Shown here: one piece after another, positions 41,157 through 50,862 of the stretch | How positions within the stretch are numbered: the first letter of the stretch is position 1 | Layout of the letters: every line of letters starts with the position of its first letter | Source of the DNA: Pseudomonadota bacterium | GTDB taxonomy: Bacteria > Myxococcota > JACRCW01 > JAFGSX01 | DNA length: 64,000 nucleotides | Direction: 5' to 3' | Assembly (NCBI GenBank): GCA_043821645.1 | Contig: JBDRCO010000051.1 | Location: forward strand, 160,001-224,000 | Position numbers and translations under genes: made by a program | The notes under the pieces: generated by a model | Database searches by the model: none | Seen by the model: the letters and a program-made list of their open reading frames with translations, nothing else | Told to the model about the DNA's origin: nothing

Positions 41157-41308
41157 GGCGCGAGCATCGTCGCGCGCCCCGCACCGGGTCAAGCGCGGAC
41201 GCTGTGCGGGTGCGCCATCCTGGTGCATGTCCATACCGACCCTGCGCCGACCTGGAGCACCGCGCAGCGGCGATGCCAACGCAGCGTCGAGAAATCACCC
41301 CGCGGCGC

Positions 41309-41324
41309 TGGCACCATGCTTGCT
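41309..41324 (+). promoter_or_regulatory. Sigma54 (-24/-12) promoter
   Basis: TGGCAC-CATGC-TTGCT, the consensus with correct spacing, pointing into the enhancer-binding protein gene. Confidence 0.75.
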
Positions 41325-41418
41325 CATCAAGGCGTGCATGAACAGCAACCTCGCAGGCACAACCGAGCTGGTCCACGGCCCCCCGCCGGGGCGTGCGCAC
41401 CATCACAGGAGGCGCCCC

Positions 41419-42924
41419 TTGCGTCAGGCCCTGCGTACGGACTATTCCTCGGCCATGCCGATCCAGGAACACCCCACGGTGCTGCAATCCGTGGCCGAAC
41501 TGCTGGGCAAGCAGGTGGCCACCGACCGCCTGCTCCGGGTCATGGTCGATCGCGTGGTCGAGGAACTCGACGCCCAGCGAGGCACGCTGTGGCTCGTCGA
41601 CGCAGAGACAGGCGCGCTGCGCAGCAGGGTGGCGCACCTGCCCGAGCTGGACGAGATTCGCCTCGATCCCGGACAGGGTGTGGCGGGCTTCGTGGCGGAG
41701 ACCGGCGAGAGTGTGGTGGTGCCCGATGCCTCGGCCAACGTGCACTTCTTCCCGGGTGTCGACCGGGTCACGGGCTTCACCACCCGCAACATGCTGTGCG
41801 TACCGGTGCGCGATGGTCAGGGCGCCATTCGCGGTGTGTTGCAGGTGCTCAACCGTCGCCGGGGTGACTTCGACCAGCACGACAAGGAGCTGTGCTGGGA
41901 GCTGGCAGATCAGGTTGCGCAAGCGCTGCTGCTGACCTCGCTGCGGCCCTCCGGGGGACGCGCACGCGGCCTGGTCCTCGATGGTCCCTTCAACAACATC
42001 ATTGGCGATTCCCCCGCCATGCAGGCTCTGTACGAACGCGTGCTGGCCGCGGCTTCCACCGAGGTCACCGTGCTCCTGCTCGGCGAGAGCGGCACTGGCA
42101 AGACCCTGATCGCCCGTGCCATCCATGACAACAGCGAGCGCAAGGAAGGGCCCCTCATCCACGTCGACTGCACGACCCTGCCTGCGGGTCTCATCGAAAG
42201 CGAGCTGTTCGGTCACGAGCGCGGCGCGTTCACGGGCGCCGATCGACGGGTACAGGGAAAGTTCGAGCTGGCCCAGGGTGGCACCCTGTTCCTGGACGAG
42301 ATCGGCGATCTGCCCATGGCCCTGCAGGGCAAGCTGCTGCGCTTCTTGCAGGAGCACTGCTTCGAACGCCTGGGCGGCCGCCAGACCCTGCATGCCGATG
42401 TGCGCGTGATCTCGGCCACCAATGCTGATCTGGAGCAGCTCGTGGCCGAGGGCAAGTTCCGCCGCGATCTGTACTACCGGTTGCGCGTGGTCGAGATGCG
42501 GGTGCCCTCGCTGCAGGAGCGCGGCCCGCGCGACATCGGTCGCCTGGCCGAGCATTTTCTCGATCTGTACGCGCGGCGCCATCGCCGCCCGGCCCGGGCA
42601 CTCAGTGACGACGCCCTGCGGCAGCTGCTGGCCCACGACTGGCCCGGGAACGTGCGCGAACTCGAGCACTGCATCGAGAGCGCGGTGGTGCTGGCCCGAG
42701 ACGAGCTGATCCGACCGGAGCAACTGTCCTTGCCTGGCCACGGCGCCGCGACCAGCGGGGGCGTCGGCTATACACCCGGCACACGCCTCGACGAGGTCGA
42801 GCGCGATCACATCCTGCGCACCGTCGAGGCCTGCCAGGGCAACCAGAGTGAGGCTGCGCGCCTGCTGGGCATAGGCCGTAATACCCTGGCGCGAAAGCTC
42901 AAGGAGGACTCGCGTCCGGCCTGA
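41419..42924 (+). CDS. GAF-domain sigma54-dependent enhancer-binding protein (Fis HTH)
   Basis: GAF domain, [39 protein letters not shown], Fis HTH. TTG 41419 follows AGGAGG (alternative ATG 41455). Confidence 0.93.
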   Translation: MRQALRTDYSSAMPIQEHPTVLQSVAELLGKQVATDRLLRVMVDRVVEELDAQRGTLWLVDAETGALRSRVAHLPELDEIRLDPGQGVAGFVAETGESVVVPDASANVHFFPGVDRVTGFTTRNMLCVPVRDGQGAIRGVLQVLNRRRGDFDQHDKELCWELADQVAQALLLTSLRPSGGRARGLVLDGPFNNIIGDSPAMQALYERVLAAASTEVTVLLLGESGTGKTLIARAIHDNSERKEGPLIHVDCTTLPAGLIESELFGHERGAFTGADRRVQGKFELAQGGTLFLDEIGDLPMALQGKLLRFLQEHCFERLGGRQTLHADVRVISATNADLEQLVAEGKFRRDLYYRLRVVEMRVPSLQERGPRDIGRLAEHFLDLYARRHRRPARALSDDALRQLLAHDWPGNVRELEHCIESAVVLARDELIRPEQLSLPGHGAATSGGVGYTPGTRLDEVERDHILRTVEACQGNQSEAARLLGIGRNTLARKLKEDSRPA

Positions 42925-44665
42925 GACCGGCATCCTCCGGTCGCTCCCGGTCTCCGACGGTGGCCGTCGCTGACCGAAGGGTCGGAGACGAAGGCGCGAC
43001 CTGCGCACCCTTCAGGACATAGACCCGCGCCTGCCCGATCTGGGCCAGGGGGACATAGTTCTCGACGAGAAAGTCGGCCAGGGCCTTGGCCCTGTCGTCC
43101 GCCCAGGCCGGTGGTTCGAGGAACAAGCGCCCCTGCTCCCAGGGCACCAGCACCAGCACATCGGCCGGGCGCTGCAGCAAGGCCTGACGTGTCCGCTCAT
43201 ACTCGACGGGACCGTCGTAGCGCGCGGTCGCGGGGAGCAGCAGCGTGTCCGGCACCGCCGGAGGCATGGACAGGAAGTACGGCACCGCGCCTTCGGGCAC
43301 CGCGAACAGGCGGAACTGAGGAAACTGCAGATGGGTGCGCCGGAGCTGCATGAGCAGCGGACTGCTCGCGATCATGCGAGCATCCACCCAGGGCAGGCCC
43401 TCGAGCGCCGGGTCCACCTGTCTCATGCGATGAAACACGGGCACCGGGGACGCACCCTGGACCAGAGTGAGCAGGTGATGAGACACCGCTCCGGTGCCGA
43501 GCATCCCCAGCCACAGCAGTGCGCCCCAGCGGGCCAACCGCTCTCCTCGCCGCGCGCTCTGCCACAGCGACACCCAGCAGACCACGGCCAGGGTCGTGCC
43601 GTAAAAAGCCAGGTGCATGACGTCGGGACGGCTCCACATGACCACCGTGGTCAGAGCCAGCACGGGTACGAACCAGAGATGCACGCTGCGTTGACGGGCC
43701 TTTTCCTGGAGCGCGGTCTTGCCGCCGATGGCGACGGCAAGGAGACAGAGCAGGAGCGTCGCGATGGGGGTCAGCGCATCCGCCAGGACCTGCGGTGCGC
43801 GGATCCACAGCGGCGCTGCCGTGGTCCACAGGCGGGTCATGCGCAGCGGAAGATCGCTCAGGAACCCGAGGTCGTTGACGCCGCCCTTCTGGTGATAGTT
43901 GCCGAACACGTACAGCACCGCGGCCTGGACAAAGGTGCCCACCGCACCCACGCTGACGAGGTAGATCCCCAGCACCGCGATCGGAAGGCTGGCACCGGCA
44001 GCCACACTCAGCGCCTGCCCTCTCAGTGGCGGGTATCGGGCGCCTGGGTGGTCCTGCGATCGCAGGTGCCACCACAGCCCGAGCAGCAGTGCCGCGCCGA
44101 CGACTCCATGGGTCTGCACCGCGAGGGCACACAGCGCCCACGCACATCCGGCCATGGCGAGGAGCCACCGCGATCGTGGGCCGGGACCCTGGAGCAGACC
44201 GCGGACCAGGAGCAGGGCAGCGACGGAGAGAAAGAAGCATGCGGTCCAGTGGTGCAGCGGGATCCCCCACACCGGGAAGTACAGCAAAGGCAAGGCCAGG
44301 GCGCCGGAAGCAGCCCAGCGGGGGTTCTGCCCGAGGCTGCGCAGCGTGAAGTACCAGCACAGCGCGGTCGTGACGACGAGGAAGTGAGCGAGCAGCCGCG
44401 CAGAGCCTGCACTGGCACCTCCGGTCAGGTGGAACCAGGTGGCGTAGAGAGCTTCGCCCGCAGGCGGCAGGAACCAGACGTAATCCACGAAGGGGCGCTG
44501 GCCCTCGAACAGCCGGCGCGCATTGGTCAGAAAAATGAACTCATCCCACTGCGGAGGAACCACGGCGGGATCGATGCGCAGCACCAGCGCATAGAGCAGA
44601 ACGCTGGCTCCTGCGAAAACCAGCAGCAGCTCGCGTCGTCGCGCACCGTCGTCGAGAAAGCGCAT
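42899..44665 (-). CDS. Polytopic membrane protein, GT-C glycosyltransferase-like
   Basis: N-terminal TM then WDE motif, G..PFVDY.WF.PP, about 11 hydrophobic segments, soluble C-tail. True start at MRFLDD, not the extended ORF. Confidence 0.65.
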   Translation of the reverse strand: MRFLDDGARRRELLLVFAGASVLLYALVLRIDPAVVPPQWDEFIFLTNARRLFEGQRPFVDYVWFLPPAGEALYATWFHLTGGASAGSARLLAHFLVVTTALCWYFTLRSLGQNPRWAASGALALPLLYFPVWGIPLHHWTACFFLSVAALLLVRGLLQGPGPRSRWLLAMAGCAWALCALAVQTHGVVGAALLLGLWWHLRSQDHPGARYPPLRGQALSVAAGASLPIAVLGIYLVSVGAVGTFVQAAVLYVFGNYHQKGGVNDLGFLSDLPLRMTRLWTTAAPLWIRAPQVLADALTPIATLLLCLLAVAIGGKTALQEKARQRSVHLWFVPVLALTTVVMWSRPDVMHLAFYGTTLAVVCWVSLWQSARRGERLARWGALLWLGMLGTGAVSHHLLTLVQGASPVPVFHRMRQVDPALEGLPWVDARMIASSPLLMQLRRTHLQFPQFRLFAVPEGAVPYFLSMPPAVPDTLLLPATARYDGPVEYERTRQALLQRPADVLVLVPWEQGRLFLEPPAWADDRAKALADFLVENYVPLAQIGQARVYVLKGAQVAPSSPTLRSATATVGDRERPEDAGLRPDASPP

Positions 44666-44721
44666 GCTCCGTCCGTGCTTGCTCGCCACGACGATAGTCG
44701 ATGTCCGCGCCCCGTGCGAGA

Positions 44722-45462
44722 TCAACGGCGGCGGACGACGGCGACCAGGGACACACCCAGGGGCAGATCGCGACGGGCGAGCCAGGGCGCCTCGAGGGCA
44801 AACAGACCACTGAGCAGCAGGTTGAGCAGCGGCCCGTTGATCTGGTTCTCGCTCCGGAGCTGGCGCGGCCGGACGAGGTTCAGGACCTGGCGCGCCACGA
44901 AGATCGGGGGTAGCAGCAGCAGGTTGAAGGACGTCAGACGCTCCAGCTCGTCGGGGTGGTCTGCGAACAGGGCGCGCAGCGATGCGGCCGTGTAGCGACG
45001 GCGGTGGTGCGCCAGATCGTCGTGCAGCCCCCACAGCCACGCGTGCGCTGGCACGAACACGATCAGCAGACCTCCGGGCGCCACCACGCGCAGCAGCTCG
45101 GCGACGCCGCGGTCGTCGTCGTCCAGGTGCTCCAGCAGATCCAGAGCCGTGACCAGCTCGAAGGATCCGTCGCGAAAAGGGAGAGCCAGCACGTCGCCAG
45201 CCACCACGGCCGTGTACAGAGCATGCCGCTGCCGGCCCTGTACCAAAGCGTCGGCAGAGAAATCGACACCGACCAGGGTCCGGCTCCTGGCCGCCAGCAC
45301 CGGAGCATTGGCACCGGTCCCGAAACCGACGTCCAGGGTGCGCAGGTCGTGGGACGACCCCAGGGCGGCATCGAGAAGACCGCGGAGGATGCGACGGCGA
45401 CCGCGAAACCACCAGTGGGTGGCCTCGACCTGCGCCTCGACCTCGTAGACGCCGAGTTCCAC
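44722..45462 (-). CDS. Class I SAM-dependent methyltransferase
   Basis: HWWFRGRR, LDVGFGTG, LPFRDGSFELV, DLLEH, RVVAPGG, HRRRY. Confidence 0.9.
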   Translation of the reverse strand: MELGVYEVEAQVEATHWWFRGRRRILRGLLDAALGSSHDLRTLDVGFGTGANAPVLAARSRTLVGVDFSADALVQGRQRHALYTAVVAGDVLALPFRDGSFELVTALDLLEHLDDDDRGVAELLRVVAPGGLLIVFVPAHAWLWGLHDDLAHHRRRYTAASLRALFADHPDELERLTSFNLLLLPPIFVARQVLNLVRPRQLRSENQINGPLLNLLLSGLFALEAPWLARRDLPLGVSLVAVVRRR

Positions 45463-46508
45463 TAGCGTGCGCCGAAGCGGCGCTCACCGAAGCGCAGCGA
45501 GGGCAGCTGCCGCGCCGTGGTGGCATAGGTGTCGATCGCGCCGAAGAGGTCCGGTGGTCCCTCGACGGCACGCCATCTGAAGAAATCCAGCAGCAGCTGC
45601 AAGATCTTCTCCCACGCCTGATCCTCGGCATCGCGTCCGAGCAGGTAGGCCGCGGCCGTGAACATGCTCTCACCGCCCTCGACGAAGTGACGCAGCCCAA
45701 GCCTGGCGAGTTCGGCCCGGCGAGGGTTGGGCTTGCCCCAGAAGCTTCGCGTACGCAGGTGGGTGGTCAGGAACAGCTCCCCCAGCGCCAGCATGCCGCG
45801 CGCCGAGGGCACGTACTCGCGCAGGGAATCCAGCTCGCGCAGGAAGACTTCGACGCGCGCGATGTCCTCGCTGGTGCGGGCGAAGAATCCCCGCGAACCC
45901 TCGGGGCTCCGTCGGTCCGGAACGACCTCGAAGAAGCCGTCGATCAGGTCACGATAGCGTGCGGACATCGCGTCGACATCGAAGGACTCGACGATGAGGT
46001 CCTCGAAGTCGAGCAACTCGTCCTGGCTGAACAGATCCAGCTCGACGATGTCGCTCTCGTCCACGGCCAGGGCGTCTGCGGCACTGGTGCGAGGATCCAT
46101 GCCCCGCAGTGCCGCCTGGCAGCGCGGCCACAGCTCGCCGAGGTAGGGACTGTTGGCCACCAGCTGCGCCACCATGTCAGCACGAGGTTCCATGTCCCGC
46201 AGCGTCGCGGCCAGGGCCTCGAACTCGCGTTGCGCCGTGACCTGACCCTGGGTCGCGAGGTCGAAGCACACCAGTGCAGCAGCCAGGGCAGCCTTGCGGC
46301 CACCGAGCTGGCGCAGTACGTCCAGGTAGAAGTGCAGGCGCGCGGCGTCGGTCCTGAAGCGGTAGGCCAGCGCCAGCACATCCTCGGTGGGCAGTCCGGC
46401 CAGCTCCTGCCGCAGGGCGGTCGATGCATCCAGGGGCTGCTGGTCCTCGGTCACCGCGTTCTCGTTCTGAAGGGGCCCGTCGACGTGGCAGCTTGTCACA
46501 ATAGCCAA
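45462..46508 (-). CDS. Hypothetical alpha-helical protein with an acidic linker
   Basis: Coding-like composition; abuts the methyltransferase start. Start uncertain (alternative GTG 46454). Confidence 0.7.
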   Translation of the reverse strand: MAIVTSCHVDGPLQNENAVTEDQQPLDASTALRQELAGLPTEDVLALAYRFRTDAARLHFYLDVLRQLGGRKAALAAALVCFDLATQGQVTAQREFEALAATLRDMEPRADMVAQLVANSPYLGELWPRCQAALRGMDPRTSAADALAVDESDIVELDLFSQDELLDFEDLIVESFDVDAMSARYRDLIDGFFEVVPDRRSPEGSRGFFARTSEDIARVEVFLRELDSLREYVPSARGMLALGELFLTTHLRTRSFWGKPNPRRAELARLGLRHFVEGGESMFTAAAYLLGRDAEDQAWEKILQLLLDFFRWRAVEGPPDLFGAIDTYATTARQLPSLRFGERRFGAR

Positions 46509-46561
46509 TGCGCGGCAGCATGGAAAGCACCCTCACCTCTCGCACACGACCCGGAGAAAAC

Positions 46562-47455
46562 ATGAAGACCGCCTTCACCGAGATGTTCGAGCTGTCCCTG
46601 CCGGTGGTCGGAGCGCCCATGTTCCTGGTGTCGGGACCGGCCCTGGTCGCGGCGGTGAGTCAAGCGGGTGGCCTGGGCACGCTGCCCTCGCTCAACGGGC
46701 GTTCCAGTCAGGACTTTGCGGCGCTCCTCGACGAGGTCGAGGGGCTCACCGATCGTCCCTACGGCGTCAACCTCATCCTGAAGGACAATCCACGCCTCGA
46801 GGCCGATCTCGAAACCTGCCTGCAGCACCGGGTCCGCATGCTCATCACCAGTCTGGGAGACCCGACCCAGGTGGTCGAGCGAGCCCATGCGCGCGGCGTC
46901 AAAGTGTTCTGTGACGTCGTCAGTGTGCGTCATGCGGCCAAGGCGGCCGCGGCAGGTGCCGACGGCCTGATCGCGGTGAGTGCGGGCGCCGGAGGACACG
47001 CGGGCGCCATCTCCGCTCTGGTGCTGGTGCCCCTGCTGGTCCAGCGCTTCGGGTTGCCGGTACTCGCCGCGGGCGGCATCGTCGACGGGCGAGGTCTGGC
47101 GGCGGCGCTGTGCCTGGGAGCCAGTGCAGCCTACATCGGCACGCGCCTCATCGCCTGCCCCGAGTCCCAGGCCAGTGACGCCTACCAGCAGGCCGTGCTC
47201 GACGCGGATATCGACGATGTCGAGTACACCCCCGAGGTCACGGGCGTGTCCGCCAACTTCCTGCGCGCCACGGTCGACGCCATGCGCCGGGGCGAGATCG
47301 GGCCCGAGAAGCGCTACAAGAACATCTGGAGCGCGGGGCAGGACGTCGCCCTGATCGCGGACCGCCCGCCCGCCGGGGAGCTGGTGCAGGGCATGGTACG
47401 TGAAGCCAGTGCTCTCCTGCACAAGCTGGCAGGCGACCCCATCGAGGCGCCGTGA
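46562..47455 (+). CDS. Nitronate monooxygenase / FabK-like flavoprotein
   Basis: VVGAPMF, AGGLG, PYGVNL, AGGHAG, LAAGGI, IGTRLI, WSAGQ; GGAG RBS. Confidence 0.9.
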   Translation: MKTAFTEMFELSLPVVGAPMFLVSGPALVAAVSQAGGLGTLPSLNGRSSQDFAALLDEVEGLTDRPYGVNLILKDNPRLEADLETCLQHRVRMLITSLGDPTQVVERAHARGVKVFCDVVSVRHAAKAAAAGADGLIAVSAGAGGHAGAISALVLVPLLVQRFGLPVLAAGGIVDGRGLAAALCLGASAAYIGTRLIACPESQASDAYQQAVLDADIDDVEYTPEVTGVSANFLRATVDAMRRGEIGPEKRYKNIWSAGQDVALIADRPPAGELVQGMVREASALLHKLAGDPIEAP

Positions 47456-47465
47456 CGGGTGAACC

Positions 47466-48146
47466 TCAAGCGGCGGCGCGGGCGGGGCGAAGGGCGAGCA
47501 GGTCAATTCGAACGCGGTAGGTATCGTCACAGCCGCGGGGCGCGCACTCGACCAGGCCACCAAGCTGGGTCAGGGTCTGAACGAGATGTCGTACCACCTC
47601 GGCGCCGTGCTGACCCGCCTGGGTCGAGAAGCGCAGCAGGCGGTCGCCGAGCGCCACGCTGACCACACCACCCGAGGCCAGCGGGCCATCGAGCCCGATC
47701 TCCACATCGAGGCCGCGACCGTCGCACTGCAGCAGCACCATGCCGTCGGTGGAGGTGGTGGCCATGTCCGCGTGGAACTTGACGCCGAGCTCGAGCGCCA
47801 GGCGCTGGCTGTCTCCGCCCGCGGCGGGCAGCGTGACGTCGAACCAGGGATCCAGAGCCCGCGCCACGGCCAGCATCAGTCCGCGGGTATCGAGGCCGCC
47901 GTCGTAGGCAACATGCAGGCTCTCGCCGTACACCTGCAGCTCTATCGCTCCCGCCGCCGGCGTGCACCACGCGGGACAGAAAAGCTGCAAGGTCCATTGC
48001 CGGGAGTCCGTGTTCTCTATCCACACGCGCAGGTGCTCGGCGTCGTAGCTGACCACGGCCACAGGGTTCGCGGGCGAGGTCGGCTGCGCGGTGTTCTGGC
48101 GGCGATGTCGAAGCACCTGCAAGTTGACGATGAGCGCGCTCAGCAT
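47466..48146 (-). CDS. Hypothetical protein with two internally similar beta-beta-alpha units
   Basis: AGGAGG RBS before ATG 48146; no family recognised. Confidence 0.65.
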   Translation of the reverse strand: MLSALIVNLQVLRHRRQNTAQPTSPANPVAVVSYDAEHLRVWIENTDSRQWTLQLFCPAWCTPAAGAIELQVYGESLHVAYDGGLDTRGLMLAVARALDPWFDVTLPAAGGDSQRLALELGVKFHADMATTSTDGMVLLQCDGRGLDVEIGLDGPLASGGVVSVALGDRLLRFSTQAGQHGAEVVRHLVQTLTQLGGLVECAPRGCDDTYRVRIDLLALRPARAAA

Positions 48147-48174
48147 GACGACCTCCTGCTCTGCCCAAGGAGAG

Positions 48175-48245
48175 TTCAAGAGGTGTGCCGTGGTCCTACA
48201 TGGGTGCCAATTATTAATTTATGTATTATTTCAAATGGTTATAAA
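48175..48245 (-). promoter_or_regulatory. Putative sigma54 promoter with upstream AT-rich IHF-like site
   Basis: Minus strand CGGCAC-ACCTC-TTGAA (48175-90); AT tract plus TTTCAA-ATGG-TTA (48229-41), one mismatch to WATCAANNNNTTR. Confidence 0.45.
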
Positions 48246-48359
48246 CTTCCTACGGATCCAGAACAGCGCGGGGTGTCGTTTTGGCCAGACAAATAAAGAC
48301 CGGCAGCAGGATCCGGCCGACAGAAGGATGGACAGATCATGGGCCGGGACTTAACGGTC

Positions 48360-49109
48360 TCAGGGGCCGGCGCTCTCCACTTCCTTGAGAATGGTGCGCG
48401 CGCGAATGGCCAGGGGCACACCCAGGTTGTCGACCTCGTCGGGTTCGATCCCGGCGGTCTCCTGCAGCATGCGCACCGATCGATCGTGGTCCGTGTGGCG
48501 GTAGACCTGGGTCGCGAGCAGGAACTTGGCCGCCTCGCTGGCACGGGTCCCCGTGTCACAGCGAGAGTCCGAGTCGTCGTCGATGAGCGCGCTCAGACTT
48601 CGGATGGCAGTCTGCCGACGCTCCTCGAGCGGGGCGTCCCCATGCATCAACTCCATGCGCTGCAGCATGTACACGGCGCAGGCCGCGCGGTGCGTGTCCC
48701 CGTACTTCTCGATCAAGGAGCGCAGTGACGCCGCGGCCTCGGCAGTCCGCCCTGTGAAGCGGCCGATCTTCCACAGTTGCTCCATGTCCCCGGCATTGCT
48801 GCCCAGGCGCTGCGCGTCCTCCAAGGCCTGGTCCCGGAAGGCGGCAAGCCCGCGGCTGGTCGGGATGGGCGGACTCCCGGCGGCGTCGGGCGGGGTGGAC
48901 GCATCCGTCGAGGAAGGCGCGGGGCGCACCGTCACCGGGCGCCGCGGCGGTCGTGCACTGGCATCCGGCGTCGTGTCGACCGCAGTGACAGTCTCTGCAT
49001 CCTGTGACACCGGCGGCGATCCCACGAACTGCAGCGCCACCACCGTGCCCACGACAAGTACCGCGATCACCGCGACCCAGATGAAGGGCTGTGACTGTTC
49101 TCGCGCCAT
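48360..49109 (-). CDS. Hypothetical membrane-anchored protein (TM, Pro-rich linker, TPR-like helices)
   Basis: N-terminal TM; LRSLIEKYGDTHRAACA helix pattern. Confidence 0.7.
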   Translation of the reverse strand: MAREQSQPFIWVAVIAVLVVGTVVALQFVGSPPVSQDAETVTAVDTTPDASARPPRRPVTVRPAPSSTDASTPPDAAGSPPIPTSRGLAAFRDQALEDAQRLGSNAGDMEQLWKIGRFTGRTAEAAASLRSLIEKYGDTHRAACAVYMLQRMELMHGDAPLEERRQTAIRSLSALIDDDSDSRCDTGTRASEAAKFLLATQVYRHTDHDRSVRMLQETAGIEPDEVDNLGVPLAIRARTILKEVESAGP

Positions 49110-49140
49110 GGCCCCATGCTAGCTCGGGTCCGCAGCCTCG

Positions 49141-50862
49141 TCACCTGCGGCGCGTGCCCCGCGGCGAGGGCAACACGGGCACGCGGGAGGGATCGAGGGC
49201 CGGAACGTCGAGGGTGGTATCGAGGCGCCGCGGGTCCAGGGGCGGCCGGCTCGGCGGAGCGACCGACCCGGTGAGCTCGACCTGGGCGTCGAAGCGCAGC
49301 AGCTCACCCTGGCGCCGCAGGTCGCCACGGATCTCACCCAGCCTGGCCAGGAGCGGTGCCGCAGCCTGACGCGCCGCCCACACCGCGCGCAGGTCGGTGT
49401 TGTCGCCGGCGCCGAGCAGGCCGACCCGCCCCAGTACGGCACGCAGGGCCGTGGCGTCGGCGCGGAGGGCAAACAGGGTGTCGGGCTCGACCTCGGTGCC
49501 CTGGGCGGCGAGGGCTGTGCGCAGCTGGCCCAGGGTGCCAGGACCGGTGCTCGCCACGAGCTGGCCGTCGACGACGCCATAGCCGACCACGCGCCCGCGC
49601 TCGGCATAGCTGCGTTCCCCTGCCGGCAGCTCCGCGGATCCCGCCACCAGCTGGCCGTCGCGGTTTGCCAGCCAGCGATCGAGGCGCTGTAGCAAGGCCT
49701 CGGACTGGGCCTCACGACGCAGCGGCAGCGTCAGCGCGTGCTCGACGAAGAAGGCGCTGCTCACGTCGTCGACGCTGCGTTGCTCGGTGAGGCCAGGCAG
49801 CAAGGGTTCGAGGTCGAGCAGGTGCCAGCCCGCACCACCGTCTGCCAGTGCGGCCAGCTCCTTTTTTAGGGCAATGCCCTGGCCCTCGAGCGTCCGGCCC
49901 AGGATCTCGGCATAAGGAAGCACCTCGGGGAGCACGAAGCGGGCGCTGCACCCCGTCCACAGCGAGAGGGCACCGACGCGTCGTACCTGCCGGGCCGCCG
50001 CTCCCTGCAGTACTGGAAAGCGCGCCACGCGCCGGGCTCCTTCCGAGGTGGGCCTCACGACGCTGTGCAGAAAGGCCCGGCCGTCGTCGACGCGCAGGCT
50101 GCTCGCCACGCGCTCGAGGTCCTCGGCGGCCCGCCGGGCCGTGCGCCAGGGGCTGATCTGCATGGCAGCGCGATCGAGAAGCAGCAGCAGGTCGCCGTTG
50201 GGAAGCCCGTCCAGCAGAGCCTGCCAGATGCGATCCTGCACCAGGCGCGCCCGGGGTCGGAGCGCGGCCACCAGCGGAGCGAGATCCCGGGCACAGCCCT
50301 GGGGTGCCAGCGCCAGCACGGCTCCGTCGCTGGCATAGGCAAAGCGTGGCTCTGCATCCTCGGCGATGGCGAGGCCCTCCCCCTGCACGCCCTTCGCGCT
50401 GTAATCGCGGCGGACGCCGAGCTGTTCGCGCGCAGCCACCCGTGCCACCACGCTCTCCCGAAAGCGCGCCAGTCCGCCGGGCAGCAGCCCCAGCAAGAGC
50501 ACGGGCTGGATCAGGGGGCCCTCGTCGACCACGATGAGGGGGCCCGTGGGGTCCAGGCCCGCAGCCTCGAGGCTGGAGGGGTCCCAGGGGTCCAGACCCA
50601 GGCGCACACGTAGCTCGACAAACTGGCGCGTGGGGTCCAGGTCGGGAAGGGCGAGACCGATGCGCGCGAGCAGCGGGTACAGGTGGTGGCTGGCCGCCGC
50701 CACGCTCGGCACGACCAGAAGCAGTGGTGCGCGTGGCAGGCGGTCGGCCCAGCGCCCGAGGTCGGGCAGGGTCGCGGCACGCTCCCGGCTAGCCCCGAGC
50801 ACCAGCAGCAACGAGATGCAGCTGACGACGATGACAGGCGCGGCCGCAGGCCGGCGGATCAC
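49141..50862 (-). CDS. Hypothetical exported/membrane-anchored protein
   Basis: GTG start overlaps the upstream stop (GTGA); N-terminal hydrophobic segment; LGLDP...GLDPTGP motif. Confidence 0.7.
   Translation of the reverse strand: MIRRPAAAPVIVVSCISLLLVLGASRERAATLPDLGRWADRLPRAPLLLVVPSVAAASHHLYPLLARIGLALPDLDPTRQFVELRVRLGLDPWDPSSLEAAGLDPTGPLIVVDEGPLIQPVLLLGLLPGGLARFRESVVARVAAREQLGVRRDYSAKGVQGEGLAIAEDAEPRFAYASDGAVLALAPQGCARDLAPLVAALRPRARLVQDRIWQALLDGLPNGDLLLLLDRAAMQISPWRTARRAAEDLERVASSLRVDDGRAFLHSVVRPTSEGARRVARFPVLQGAAARQVRRVGALSLWTGCSARFVLPEVLPYAEILGRTLEGQGIALKKELAALADGGAGWHLLDLEPLLPGLTEQRSVDDVSSAFFVEHALTLPLRREAQSEALLQRLDRWLANRDGQLVAGSAELPAGERSYAERGRVVGYGVVDGQLVASTGPGTLGQLRTALAAQGTEVEPDTLFALRADATALRAVLGRVGLLGAGDNTDLRAVWAARQAAAPLLARLGEIRGDLRRQGELLRFDAQVELTGSVAPPSRPPLDPRRLDTTLDVPALDPSRVPVLPSPRGTRRR

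Noticed and set aside
44666-45700. N-terminal extension making a 933-aa ORF (42899..45700)
   Set aside because: It overlaps the methyltransferase in another frame and is low-complexity Arg/Pro/Gly. The credible start is 44665. The same reasoning trimmed the ORFs at 21160, 22866, 30152, 30287 and 35495.
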